Position numbers and translations under genes: made by a program. Positions 7,463 to 15,956 of a DNA stretch of 32,000 bases are shown piece after piece. Position 1 is the first letter of the stretch. Each line of letters starts with the position of its first letter. The DNA comes from Bellilinea caldifistulae (GTDB taxonomy: Bacteria; Chloroflexota; Anaerolineae; Anaerolineales; Anaerolineaceae): the NCBI RefSeq assembly GCF_001306055.1, contig NZ_LGHJ01000011.1, positions 120,001-152,000 on the forward strand, written 5' to 3'. The notes beneath the pieces were generated by a model that worked only from the letters and a program-made list of their open reading frames with translations, was not told the DNA's origin and did no database searches.

Positions 7463-8917
7463 TCAGGACTGATTGAGCATCTCTTCCAAAAGGCGCCGGG
7501 CAAGGTTGGGGTCGGCCTTCCCGCCCATCTGGCGCATCACCTGCCCGACAAACCAGCCGAGCAAGGTAGTCTTGCCAGCGCGGTAGGATTCGACCTCTTT
7601 GGGATTGGCTGCCAGTACCTGCTGACACACGGCGCGGATGGCGCTTTCATCGCTGACCCTGGCCAGCCCCTCGCGCTCGACGATCACCTGTGGGGCTTCG
7701 CCGCTTTCTTCCACTTTTTGCAGCAAGCTTTTGGCGGTGGTGGTGTTGATGGTGCCTTTTTCGGCCAGTTGCAGGATTTGGGCGAGGTAGGCCGGCGTCA
7801 GCCGCAGTTCGGCTGCGTTTTTACCGCTTTCGTTGAGCATGCGCAGCACATCGTTCATCAGGTAATTAGAGACCTTCTTGGGGTCGCCGCCAAAGGCTTT
7901 GACGGCGGCTTCGAAATATTCCGAAAGGCTGCGCTCACCGGTGAGGATGTCGGCATCGTACTCCGGTAAAGCGTATTGCTCGATAAAACGCGCCCGCCGT
8001 TCCAGGGGTAATTCCGGCATTTGCACCAGAATGGACTGCTTCCATTCCTCATCGAGACGCAGAGGCAGCAAATCCGGCTCGCGGAAGTAGCGGTAATCGG
8101 CTTCGGTTTCCTTAGAGCGCATCTTGCGCAGTACCCCGGCATCCTCATCCCATTCAAGCGTCCAGGCTTCAATCCGTCGCCCGGCTTCCATTTCACGCAC
8201 CTGCCGCTCAATTTCGGTGGCAATTGCCTCGCGTACCGCGTCAATCGAATTGACGTTCTTGATTTCGGTTTTGGGGTTGAGATACTCCGCACCTTTCGGG
8301 CGGATGGACACATTCGCATCACAGCGCAGGTGGCCTTTTTCCATGTCGGCTTCCGAAACGCCCAACCAGCGCAGCAACTGGCGCAGGCGAATCAGGTACT
8401 GAGCAGCCTCATCGGCCGAGCGCAAATCCGGGGCAGTGACCATCTCGATCAGCGGCACGCCGCAACGGTTAAAGTCAATCCAGCGCCGGTTGCCAACATT
8501 TTTGGTCTTTCCGGCGTCCTCTTCCAGATGCAGTTTTTGGATGTTGACCCGCCGCACATAAGCCGTCTTACCGGCGGATGCCGGTACCGGCACGTCCATC
8601 CAGCCGCCAAAGGCCAGCGATTGATCGTACTGCGAAATCTGATAACCTTTGGGCAAATCCGGGTAAAAGTAATTTTTACGGTCAAAGTACGAGATCGGAC
8701 GCAGTTCGGAGTGCATGGCCGCTGCCAGCAATACCCCTTTTTCCACAGCAGCCCGATTCAGCACCGGCAGCACACCCGGCATACCGGTACACACCGGGCA
8801 GATGTTGGTGTTGGGCGGGTCATTCCACGAATCGGCTTTGCACGAGCAGAAAATTTTGGTGGTCGTGTTGAGCTGAATGTGCGTTTCCAACCCGATGATG
8901 GCTTCATATTCGGTCAT
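7463..8917 (-). CDS. gatB: Asp-tRNA(Asn)/Glu-tRNA(Gln) amidotransferase subunit B
   Basis: The N-terminus MTEYEAIIGLETHIQLNTTTKIFCSC and full-length similarity to GatB, including the C-terminal YqeY-like tail. ATG at 8917 is preferred over the TTG at 8920 and has a GAGG SD. Confidence 0.95.
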   Translation of the reverse strand: MTEYEAIIGLETHIQLNTTTKIFCSCKADSWNDPPNTNICPVCTGMPGVLPVLNRAAVEKGVLLAAAMHSELRPISYFDRKNYFYPDLPKGYQISQYDQSLAFGGWMDVPVPASAGKTAYVRRVNIQKLHLEEDAGKTKNVGNRRWIDFNRCGVPLIEMVTAPDLRSADEAAQYLIRLRQLLRWLGVSEADMEKGHLRCDANVSIRPKGAEYLNPKTEIKNVNSIDAVREAIATEIERQVREMEAGRRIEAWTLEWDEDAGVLRKMRSKETEADYRYFREPDLLPLRLDEEWKQSILVQMPELPLERRARFIEQYALPEYDADILTGERSLSEYFEAAVKAFGGDPKKVSNYLMNDVLRMLNESGKNAAELRLTPAYLAQILQLAEKGTINTTTAKSLLQKVEESGEAPQVIVEREGLARVSDESAIRAVCQQVLAANPKEVESYRAGKTTLLGWFVGQVMRQMGGKADPNLARRLLEEMLNQS

Positions 8918-8941
8918 CAAAAACCTCGTGAGAATGGAGAA

Positions 8942-9403
8942 TCAACGGCGGGAAGTCAGGCTTTCGGTCAATTTTCCGATCAGCGGATAACGATAATCCC
9001 TTCCGCGCAGCGTGTTGACAGCTGCTATACCCGCCAGCAGATAATAAACAAAAGTTGCGGCGACGATCAACAGCAGCATCCCAAAGAACAGGAATAAGAA
9101 CGGCACCAGCAAAAACTGGACGCGGTCACCCCAGCCGGTTTCACTCAGGGCAATCAGCGGCAGGACAAACACAAAGTAGCCCACGCTCATCCCAAAGCCG
9201 ACCAGGTAGTACAGGGCAAATGCAATTCCTTGAAAAAGCAATGCCTGCAAGGATTGAAAACCCAGCCAGCGGCTGCGTACCTTTTGAGTCAGCCAGATGA
9301 TCAGGGCAGCCAGCATCCCAAAGAAAGGCAGGAATGCGCCCAAATGACAGAGCGCCGCAACCAGGCGGTCTTCGGACTCCTCCGAAAATCTCGTTTCAGG
9401 CAT
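8942..9403 (-). CDS. DUF4870-like small integral membrane protein (paralog 2)
   Basis: EDRLVAALCHLGAFLPFFGMLAALIIWLTQKVRSRWLGFQSLQALLFQ, followed by further TM helices and a YRYPLIG tail. Overlaps the upstream paralog by 8 nt. Confidence 0.7.
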   Translation of the reverse strand: MPETRFSEESEDRLVAALCHLGAFLPFFGMLAALIIWLTQKVRSRWLGFQSLQALLFQGIAFALYYLVGFGMSVGYFVFVLPLIALSETGWGDRVQFLLVPFLFLFFGMLLLIVAATFVYYLLAGIAAVNTLRGRDYRYPLIGKLTESLTSRR

Positions 9404-9869
9404 GGCTCACCTCCTCGGCGGGGACATGGCGCAGCAACAAACTTTCCATGCGGCGGCCAAGCAGCGGGTAGCGGAAATGGCTGCCGCTCAGACAGGCGAT
9501 TCCGCCAATGACACCCAGCAACGCCCCCAGTCCCATCAAACAAAGCAATCCGCCAATAACCAGAAATTGACCCCCGGTAACCAGCATCAACGGCGTTTCG
9601 GTTTGGGCGGCAAGGGCAAAAGCGCCGCTCACCAGGCCAAGTGCGCCCATAAACAAACCGGAAAGCGCCCCCAGGACCACCCACACCGCCGCCAGCAGTA
9701 ATTGATAGGTGAGCGCCTGCAAGGCCTGAAAGCGCAGGTTAACCGACTTTTCGCGCTGGGTGATCCACACAATCAGCGGAACCGCAAAACCCAGCGTGGG
9801 AATCAGGATGCTGGCATGAGCAAGCGCCGCCAGCCAGCGCTCATCAGAAGAAAGACCGTTTTGGCTCAT
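9396..9869 (-). CDS. DUF4870-like small integral membrane protein (paralog 1)
   Basis: SSDERWLAALAHASILIPTLGFAVPLIVWITQREKSVNLRFQALQALTYQ and a FRYPLLG tail. Start set at the ATG at 9869, preceded by GAGGAGGG. Confidence 0.7.
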   Translation of the reverse strand: MSQNGLSSDERWLAALAHASILIPTLGFAVPLIVWITQREKSVNLRFQALQALTYQLLLAAVWVVLGALSGLFMGALGLVSGAFALAAQTETPLMLVTGGQFLVIGGLLCLMGLGALLGVIGGIACLSGSHFRYPLLGRRMESLLLRHVPAEEVSHA

Positions 9870-9921
9870 TTGCTCATCCCTCCTCAAGTTCAAAGTCAAG
9901 CCGCATGAAAATTCCCATCTC

Positions 9922-11520
9922 TTACCCCGCCAGATTCCGCAAAACCTGCGGTTTCAACTTGCGCCACGGTTCGCTTTCGGTGGCTTGTTCCAATGCGCGG
10001 GCAATCCGCAGCAAGACCGCCTCACTGAAGTCCGGCCCAAGTAGCTGTACCCCAATTGGCAGGCGGTTCTCATCCAGTCCGAATGGCAACGAAACGCCCG
10101 GCACGCCGGCGTGGTTGGCCGGCACGGTCAGTTGATCAGCATACTGCATCAGCACCGAATCGCCGTAGACGGCGCCCATCTCAAAGGCGGTCGTCGGCGT
10201 GGTCGGCGTCAGAAGAGCATGCAGGCGGTATTTGCCCTGCGGGTCAAAGGCCTGGTCAAAATCACGGCGGATGAGAGTGCGTACCCGCAAGGCGCGCCGG
10301 TAATACTGCGCTGAGTATTGCGCCGCGCTCACATACATCCCCATCAAAATACGCAATTTGGGCTGCAGCCCAAAACCTTCGTTGCGGGTCTTGCGGTACA
10401 TCTCGCGCAGATCGCTGACCGGCTGGGGCGTGCGATAGCCGTATTTGACCCCGTCATAACGGTGCAGGTTGGAGGCGGCTTCCACCCGGCTGATCACAAA
10501 ATATGCCGGAATGCCATAGCGGGTGTTCGGCATGGGAACATCTTCGATGATTTCTGCCCCCAACGAAGCCAGCACCTCGGCAGCGTAGCGCACCCGCGCC
10601 TCGATTTCGGCGGGCAGCTCCTGCTGACGGTATTCGCCGGTCTGCGGGTCGGGGAAGGTGATCTGGAAATAATCCGGCGAAAGACCGATGCGCAAACCGC
10701 GCACCCCTTCTTCGAGGGCGGCCAGATAATCCGGTACAGGCAGATTGGCAGTCGTCGAATCACGCGGGTCAAGGCCGGCAATGGTTTGCAGCATCAAAGC
10801 CGCATCCACCACATTGCGAGCCAGCGGGCCGGGGCAATCCAGCGAGGAACCGAATGCAATCAACCCGTAGCGCGAAACCCGTCCGTAAGTCGGTTTGACG
10901 CCCACCACGCCACAAAAGGCGGCCGGCTGGCGGATCGAGCCGGCGGTATCGGTGCCCAACGAAAGGGGCGCTTCGCCGGCCGCCACCGAAGCCGCACTGC
11001 CGCCCGAAGAGCCGCCCGGCACACAAGCCGGGTTCCACGGGTTGCGCGGTGCCGGTTGAAAGGCGGTCGACTCATTGGACGAACCGTAGGTAAATTCATC
11101 CAGGTTGACCTTGCCGAGCAGCACCGCCCCGGCGGCTTCCATCCGCTCCACCGGGGTAGCCGTGTAGGGGGCAACAAAGTTTGCCAAAATGCGTGAACCA
11201 GCCGTGGAAGGTGTGCCGCGCACACAAAAAATATCCTTGACGGTAAACGGGATGCCCGCCAGCGGGCCGGGGTCTTCCCCGGCGGCCAGTTTACGATCAA
11301 TGGCGTTGGCTTGCGCCAGGGCGCGCTTTTTGGTCAGGGTGATGAAGGCGTGAACTTTTTCTTCGTCTTGAGGATCGGCCTTCCCGTCGTCCAGTTGACC
11401 GGGGCGGCCGTCCACCTTTTCAATCCTCTGCAAGCAGGATTGGGTAATTTCCAGCGCCGAAACCTGTTTACGGCGCAGCAACAGACTCAATTCATAGGCA
11501 GGCAGATCGCACAGTTCCAT
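9922..11520 (-). CDS. gatA: Glutamyl-tRNA(Gln) amidotransferase subunit A (amidase signature family)
   Basis: Amidase signature GGSSGGSAASVAAG and full-length GatA-like sequence. Lies 6 nt downstream of gatC. An extra acidic insert sits near the N-terminus (DGRPGQLDDGKADPQDEEK). Confidence 0.95.
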   Translation of the reverse strand: MELCDLPAYELSLLLRRKQVSALEITQSCLQRIEKVDGRPGQLDDGKADPQDEEKVHAFITLTKKRALAQANAIDRKLAAGEDPGPLAGIPFTVKDIFCVRGTPSTAGSRILANFVAPYTATPVERMEAAGAVLLGKVNLDEFTYGSSNESTAFQPAPRNPWNPACVPGGSSGGSAASVAAGEAPLSLGTDTAGSIRQPAAFCGVVGVKPTYGRVSRYGLIAFGSSLDCPGPLARNVVDAALMLQTIAGLDPRDSTTANLPVPDYLAALEEGVRGLRIGLSPDYFQITFPDPQTGEYRQQELPAEIEARVRYAAEVLASLGAEIIEDVPMPNTRYGIPAYFVISRVEAASNLHRYDGVKYGYRTPQPVSDLREMYRKTRNEGFGLQPKLRILMGMYVSAAQYSAQYYRRALRVRTLIRRDFDQAFDPQGKYRLHALLTPTTPTTAFEMGAVYGDSVLMQYADQLTVPANHAGVPGVSLPFGLDENRLPIGVQLLGPDFSEAVLLRIARALEQATESEPWRKLKPQVLRNLAG

Positions 11521-11526
11521 GGGGCA

Positions 11527-11847
11527 TCATTCCAGCGTGGTATGGGGAATATCCGGGACGACCACATAACCTTCCTCGCTCTGCGGCGCCTGAGCGATGA
11601 TTTCCTGCGGATCGGGGTAAGGCTGCCAGACATCGGCGCGCGGCGGCTGGCTGATTTGGGGCGTGTAAGGAACGCCGTGCGAAGTGATCGGCAGGTCATC
11701 CCCCAGCGGAATGGCTTCCAGCTCGTGTATGGCGCTCAATTGAGCGTTCAATTCGCGGCGCAAGTATTCTGCCTGCGACTCGTCCAGTTCCAGCGCAGCC
11801 AGCTCTACCAGATGAGCAAAGGTTTGCGGGTCAATTCGATCGGTCAT
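11527..11847 (-). CDS. gatC: Asp/Glu-tRNA amidotransferase subunit C
   Basis: MTDRIDPQTFAHLVELAALELDESQAEYLRRELNAQLSAIHELEAI is typical of GatC. ATG at 11847 is preceded by GAGGGAAG and sits immediately upstream of gatA. Confidence 0.85.
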   Translation of the reverse strand: MTDRIDPQTFAHLVELAALELDESQAEYLRRELNAQLSAIHELEAIPLGDDLPITSHGVPYTPQISQPPRADVWQPYPDPQEIIAQAPQSEEGYVVVPDIPHTTLE

Positions 11848-11882
11848 AGTGGTCTTCCCTCTGCGTCGAAAAGTTTGCCTTA

Positions 11883-11891
11883 ATCCTATCA
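11883..11891 (-). promoter_or_regulatory. Candidate extended -10 promoter (TGATAGGAT) for the gatC operon
   Basis: The reverse complement of 11883-11891 reads TGATAGGAT, about 36 nt upstream of the gatC ATG. Confidence 0.35.
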
Positions 11892-11984
11892 TAAATCCGC
11901 CGCTCTACAAAAACCTGCCGGTAAATTCGCTCGATCAACCTCATCAAATTGCAAACCCCATCCGCGGGCAACTGGTCTTGCTTG

Positions 11985-11993
11985 TGATACAAT
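11985..11993 (+). promoter_or_regulatory. Candidate extended -10 promoter (TGATACAAT, context TGTGATACAAT) giving a leaderless GT2 transcript
   Basis: Only 7 nt separate the last T of the -10 box from the GTG at 12001, and there is no SD. An overlapping partial palindrome GTGAT-N7-ATCAC lies at 11984-12000. Confidence 0.4.
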
Positions 11994-12000
11994 TAATCAC

Positions 12001-12705
12001 GTGCAGAACCCATCCGCGGAACCCGCTCCCTCCGCTGCCCTCTTGGCGCTGATACCGGCGTACAACGAAGCAGCGCACATCAGCGGGGTGGTCAGGGCAG
12101 CCCGCCAGTACCTGCCGGTGCTGGTGATAGACGATGGTTCAACGGATGACACCGCCGCTTTGGCACGCGCTGCCGGCGCCAGGGTGCTGATCCAGCAGCC
12201 CAATCAGGGCAAAGGTGCCGCTTTACTTCGTGGCTTTTCGGCTGCGCTGCAAGAGGGCGTCGAGGCGGTTGTCACACTGGATGCGGATGGACAGCACGAC
12301 CCGGCTGAGATACCGGCTTTTTTACGCCGCCGGGCAGAAACTCAGGCGGATCTGATCATCGGCAAACGCAACTTCCGGCAAATGCCCGCCGTGCGCCGGC
12401 TGAGCAATACGCTTGGAACCGTCCTCTTTTCGTGGGCAGCCGGCCAGCCCATCGCCGACAATCAATCCGGCTACCGGCTGATCAGCCAGCGGTTGATGCG
12501 ATTGCTGATCGAGCAGCCCAGCCGGGAACGCGGTTTTGAGTTTGAGGTTGAGATGATTGTGCGCTGCATTCAGCACGGGCTGAAACTGGACTGGGTCGAA
12601 ATCCGCACCATCTACGCCGGCGAAAAGAGCCACATCCGCCCGCTGGCGCATCTGGCTGGTTTTTTACAGTTATGCTGGCGCACCCGCCAGATTCTAAAAT
12701 CCTGA
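12001..12705 (+). CDS. Family 2 glycosyltransferase (GT-A fold)
   Basis: LIPAYNEAAHI, VIDDGSTDDT and TLDADGQHD are GT2 motifs. GTG start. No ATG lies between the upstream stop and the PAYNE motif. Confidence 0.85.
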   Translation: MQNPSAEPAPSAALLALIPAYNEAAHISGVVRAARQYLPVLVIDDGSTDDTAALARAAGARVLIQQPNQGKGAALLRGFSAALQEGVEAVVTLDADGQHDPAEIPAFLRRRAETQADLIIGKRNFRQMPAVRRLSNTLGTVLFSWAAGQPIADNQSGYRLISQRLMRLLIEQPSRERGFEFEVEMIVRCIQHGLKLDWVEIRTIYAGEKSHIRPLAHLAGFLQLCWRTRQILKS

Positions 12706-12725
12706 GAGCTGTAATCGGCAAAAAA

Positions 12726-13736
12726 ATGAGAAGCGATTTATCTCTCCGCCCTGCAAACGAACGCGATGCTGATTTTCTGTGGCAGCTTCACTGTGCCGCG
12801 CTTAAACCCTACATCCAGCAAACCTGGGGTTGGGACGAGGAATTTCAATACCGTTACTTTCAGGAGCACTTCAAACCCCAACACAGCCACATCATCCGTT
12901 ACATGGGCGCCGAAATTGGGGTTCTCACCCTGGAAGAAACCCCGCTGGGCATCACCCTTTCAAACATCGAGATCCTGCCACAGTATCAGGGGTTGGGCAT
13001 CGGCACAGCGCTGATTCGGGAAGTACTGGAACGCGCCGCCAGCCGCGGCCTGCCGGTCAGCCTGCGAGTGTTGAAGATCAACCCCGCCTGTCAGTTATAC
13101 CTGCGGCTGGGCTTTGTTATCGTCGGCGAAACCGATACGCACTACTGGATGCGCCGCGAAGGCGCCCCGCGCACCTTCCTGCCCGACCGCTGGGAGACTG
13201 AGTCCTGCTTCCTGCACCTCGCCGATGAGCGCTTCCTCGACCAGTTGACCCTGATTTTGAGTGAAAATCAGGAAATTCTGCGCGAGATGGGGCAATTATT
13301 GCCGCCCCACGAGCAGGCTTTGCAAGCCCTCCGCCACAGCGTACTGCCTCCCGGGGGTGTGCCGTGGCGCGAATCGCTTTACCTGATTCGCGACCTGGAA
13401 AGCCGCGATACCATCGGCTTTCTGGCGGTTTACTTCGGCTACCCCGCGCCGGACACCATGTACATCGGCAGTCTGTACCTGCGCCCGGTCTTTCAGGGGC
13501 GTGGTTTTGGACGTGAGATTGTGCGCCATCTGGAAGCGCAGGCAAAACAAATCGGCTTTCGTGAGGCACGGATCAAAGTGGGGTTGAAGAACTGGCGCGC
13601 CCTGCGCTTCTGGACAGCCTGCGGTTACAGCCGTATTACCCGCATCCGCGGCGGGGAAAACGGAGAAGGCAAACCGGCCGCGGTAGAACTGCAGAAACCG
13701 CTCAATGGAGACCCGCGCGGCGAGGTCAAGCCCTAA
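12726..13736 (+). CDS. Tandem GNAT-domain N-acetyltransferase
   Basis: Two acetyl-CoA binding motifs: PQYQGLGIGTALI and VFQGRGFGREIV. Start set at the ATG at 12726, because the 12672 extension overlaps the GT2 3' end. Confidence 0.8.
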   Translation: MRSDLSLRPANERDADFLWQLHCAALKPYIQQTWGWDEEFQYRYFQEHFKPQHSHIIRYMGAEIGVLTLEETPLGITLSNIEILPQYQGLGIGTALIREVLERAASRGLPVSLRVLKINPACQLYLRLGFVIVGETDTHYWMRREGAPRTFLPDRWETESCFLHLADERFLDQLTLILSENQEILREMGQLLPPHEQALQALRHSVLPPGGVPWRESLYLIRDLESRDTIGFLAVYFGYPAPDTMYIGSLYLRPVFQGRGFGREIVRHLEAQAKQIGFREARIKVGLKNWRALRFWTACGYSRITRIRGGENGEGKPAAVELQKPLNGDPRGEVKP

Positions 13737-14254
13737 CCCAGCCGCTGGTTGCACTGGCTGCGAAAACCGCAGCCGGCGCAGCGCGCCGGAGAATCGTGCG
13801 AACGGGGTTGTTCCCGCCCGCCGGCAGCGTGGATTTCCTCAATCAGTTCCAGCAATTGCGCCTCAGCCTGAGGGGTAAAATCTATGGCAAAGGTACGGTT
13901 GCGGTAACGCAGAATGCCGTAGGGCGGACGCACGCCCATCGAACGCTCCACCAGCCGGCAGTATGCCATCAACTGAAACACATGGCCGGGGTGCGGTTCG
14001 GGGGGTGCCCAACCGCTTTTGACCTCCACCGGGATGACAGCGCTGCCTTCTTTGACCAGATAATCCGGTTTACCGGTCAGCAGCGTATCCGGGTCGAACA
14101 ACGGGCGTTCCGGTTCGCCGATGATCTTCGGGTCAGTGTACAGCACCCGCCCCGGCGGCAGGCCGCTGCGCCGCTGCTGGCGCGCTCCCAGCCACAGCAG
14201 CACCAGCCCGCCCACTACCAGAATCAGGGCTGTCCACCACAGTCCCATGTTCAA
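13733..14254 (-). CDS. Cas4/DUF83-like PD-(D/E)XK nuclease, C-terminal part (N-terminal TM helix plus nuclease core)
   Basis: GKPDYLV (motif II Asp), IPVEVKSG (E-x-K), VFQLMAYCRL (QhxxY) and the C-terminal CAGCGFRSQC (CxxCx5C Fe-S ligands). TM helix GLWWTALILVVGGLVLLWLG is followed by RQQRR. The first in-frame ATG is at 14248 and the TTG at 14254. Confidence 0.75.
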   Translation of the reverse strand: MNMGLWWTALILVVGGLVLLWLGARQQRRSGLPPGRVLYTDPKIIGEPERPLFDPDTLLTGKPDYLVKEGSAVIPVEVKSGWAPPEPHPGHVFQLMAYCRLVERSMGVRPPYGILRYRNRTFAIDFTPQAEAQLLELIEEIHAAGGREQPRSHDSPARCAGCGFRSQCNQRLG

Positions 14255-14496
14255 CCCAACAGGGTCAGCGTCAGGCTAACTGCCGCGGCAATCAGCGCGG
14301 CGGCCAGCAGCACCCAACCCAGCAGGCGCAGCAGCCGGGCAGTCAGCACCTGTCGGGCGTGTGCCTGATGCGTGAAGGTGCCTTCCAGCATGGCGGACTC
14401 GTTCTCCGATGCCAGTCCCTGACGCTGATACCACCACGCCCGTTTGCAATACAAAAACGCCCCAATTTCCGAGGCGCGCAGGACGCTGCGTTTCAT
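14251..14496 (-). CDS. Cas4/DUF83-like nuclease, N-terminal part (first Fe-S Cys and motif I) ending in a TM helix
   Basis: ASEIGAFLYCKRAWWYQ matches the Cas4 N-terminal Cys motif, and EGTFTHQ matches motif I. The C-terminal TM is LLGWVLLAAALIAAAVSLTLTLLG. Its ATG overlaps the translin stop (ATGA), and its stop overlaps the start region of the downstream ORF. Confidence 0.6.
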   Translation of the reverse strand: MKRSVLRASEIGAFLYCKRAWWYQRQGLASENESAMLEGTFTHQAHARQVLTARLLRLLGWVLLAAALIAAAVSLTLTLLG

Positions 14497-15140
14497 GGAT
14501 TCAAAGGCTCTTCAGGAAGGCGGTTCAAGGCGCGCTCCAGCGCTTTTTGTAACCGCTCTTCGCGCAGGCTGAGGGTCAAATCGGCACGGGTGCGCTCGAC
14601 AATCCCGCGCACCAGATCCGTCTGGCGGCGCAGCCCGCCGGTCAGCGCATCGGGGTAGTCCACCGTGACCAGCAGGTTGTAAATCTCGTCCATCCAGCCC
14701 AGCAGGCGTTCGGCCTCTTCCGAGTAACCCTGCCGCAAGATGTCCAGGCAACGGCGGCGCAATTCACCCGTCACTTCGGCCATGCCGTTCAGGTAAGTGC
14801 TGTATTCCACCTTAAGGTCTTCGGGAGAAGGCAGGGCTGCGTCCTCGATGATGGCACAGGTCAGGCTGGCTTCTACATATTCTTTGAGCGCATCTTGCGT
14901 ATAACCGGCGTACAAAAGCACCGGGTAATTGCCCAGCAGGTTTTGCAGCCCGGCAGCAATCCCGCCCGCTTCTTCCAGATTTTGGTGAGCCGTTTCCATT
15001 TCACTGCGGTGCAAAGCGCGGATGGTGTTGGCACAAAGGCGGGTTAACTGACGGGCCTGCAGCAAGGCCTGTTCGCGCGCCTGATTGAGGGCTTCGAAAT
15101 TCTGGTGCACCCGGCTGTTAAGTTCGCTCAAATCGGGCAT
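14493..15140 (-). CDS. Translin/TRAX family protein (bacterial homolog)
   Basis: All-helical, about 215 aa, with family hallmarks QAREQALLQARQLTRLCANTIRALHR, LKEYVEASL, YLNGMAEVTGELRRRCLD and GGLRRQTDLVRGIVERTRADL. GGGAGAA SD. Confidence 0.7.
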   Translation of the reverse strand: MPDLSELNSRVHQNFEALNQAREQALLQARQLTRLCANTIRALHRSEMETAHQNLEEAGGIAAGLQNLLGNYPVLLYAGYTQDALKEYVEASLTCAIIEDAALPSPEDLKVEYSTYLNGMAEVTGELRRRCLDILRQGYSEEAERLLGWMDEIYNLLVTVDYPDALTGGLRRQTDLVRGIVERTRADLTLSLREERLQKALERALNRLPEEPLNP

Positions 15141-15145
15141 GGGGG

Positions 15146-15481
15146 TTATTCTCCCTGTGGGGGTGGTTCGTTAGGATGAATGCGGCGGAAGAGGTCACCC
15201 GCCAAGCCGGGGTCTCCCTGGGGGATTTGAATTTCGCCGAAACTGGCTTCGTAACGCGCCAGATTTTCGGCAAACGCGCGCAGAAACAACTTGGCGCCGA
15301 CCGGTGACATGACAATCCGCGAACGGATCAGGTTGCGCAGCTGGGCTGGCAGCACCTGCACAAAGTCCAGCACAAAATCGGTGGGCGTGTGGCTGATGCG
15401 CACCACATTGCTGTAAAAGGGAGTCAGATCATCGGGCAGTTCCATGGGGATGCCGGCCGGCGGGCGGTTGGGGGTAGTCAT
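15146..15481 (-). CDS. DUF3467-like protein
   Basis: FYSNVVRISHTPTDFVLDFVQVLP...RIVMSPVGAKLFLRAFAENLARYEASFGEI matches my recollection of the DUF3467 pattern. GAGGG SD. Lies 15 nt after ssb. Confidence 0.65.
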   Translation of the reverse strand: MTTPNRPPAGIPMELPDDLTPFYSNVVRISHTPTDFVLDFVQVLPAQLRNLIRSRIVMSPVGAKLFLRAFAENLARYEASFGEIQIPQGDPGLAGDLFRRIHPNEPPPQGE

Positions 15482-15496
15482 GGCTGCTGCCCTCGC

Positions 15497-15913
15497 CTAG
15501 AAGGGGATGTCCTCACCGGCGTCCATCTCCGGCAGGTCTTCGCCGCCCAAATCGCCTTCCACTTCCCCGCGAGCCGAGAGGAAGCGCACCGTGCTGGCCG
15601 TCACATCGTAAGAGGCCCCGCTGGTGCCGTCGCTGCGCGTCCAGACACGCGGCCCCCCCGACGTGGGGTCGGGAGTCAGGCGGCCCTCGATCAGCACTTT
15701 ACTGCCCTTGCGCAGATATTGATTACACGTTTCCGCCTGCTTGCCCCACACCGAAACGCGGAACCAGATGGTTTCTTTAACCTTCTGGCCGTTCTGATTG
15801 GTATACTGACGGTTGGAAGCAACATTGAAACTGGTCACCGGTTGACCGGTGGGCGTATAGCGCATTTCTGGATCCCGGCCCAGGTTGCCAATGAATATGA
15901 TCGTATGGAACAT
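15497..15913 (-). CDS. ssb: Single-stranded DNA-binding protein
   Basis: OB-fold N-terminus IIFIGNLGRDPEMRYTPTGQPVTSFNVA and the acidic C-terminal tip EDIPF. AGGAGAG SD. Confidence 0.9.
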   Translation of the reverse strand: MFHTIIFIGNLGRDPEMRYTPTGQPVTSFNVASNRQYTNQNGQKVKETIWFRVSVWGKQAETCNQYLRKGSKVLIEGRLTPDPTSGGPRVWTRSDGTSGASYDVTASTVRFLSARGEVEGDLGGEDLPEMDAGEDIPF

Positions 15914-15956
15914 GGTCTCTCCTGATTGGTGTACAGAATGTTTTTGCCTTTCTTGT

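Noticed and set aside
13733-14496. The Cas4-like nuclease as part of a CRISPR-Cas locus.
   Set aside because: There are no direct-repeat arrays and no other cas genes anywhere in the 32 kb. The neighbours are ssb, DUF3467 and translin on one side and a GNAT on the other.
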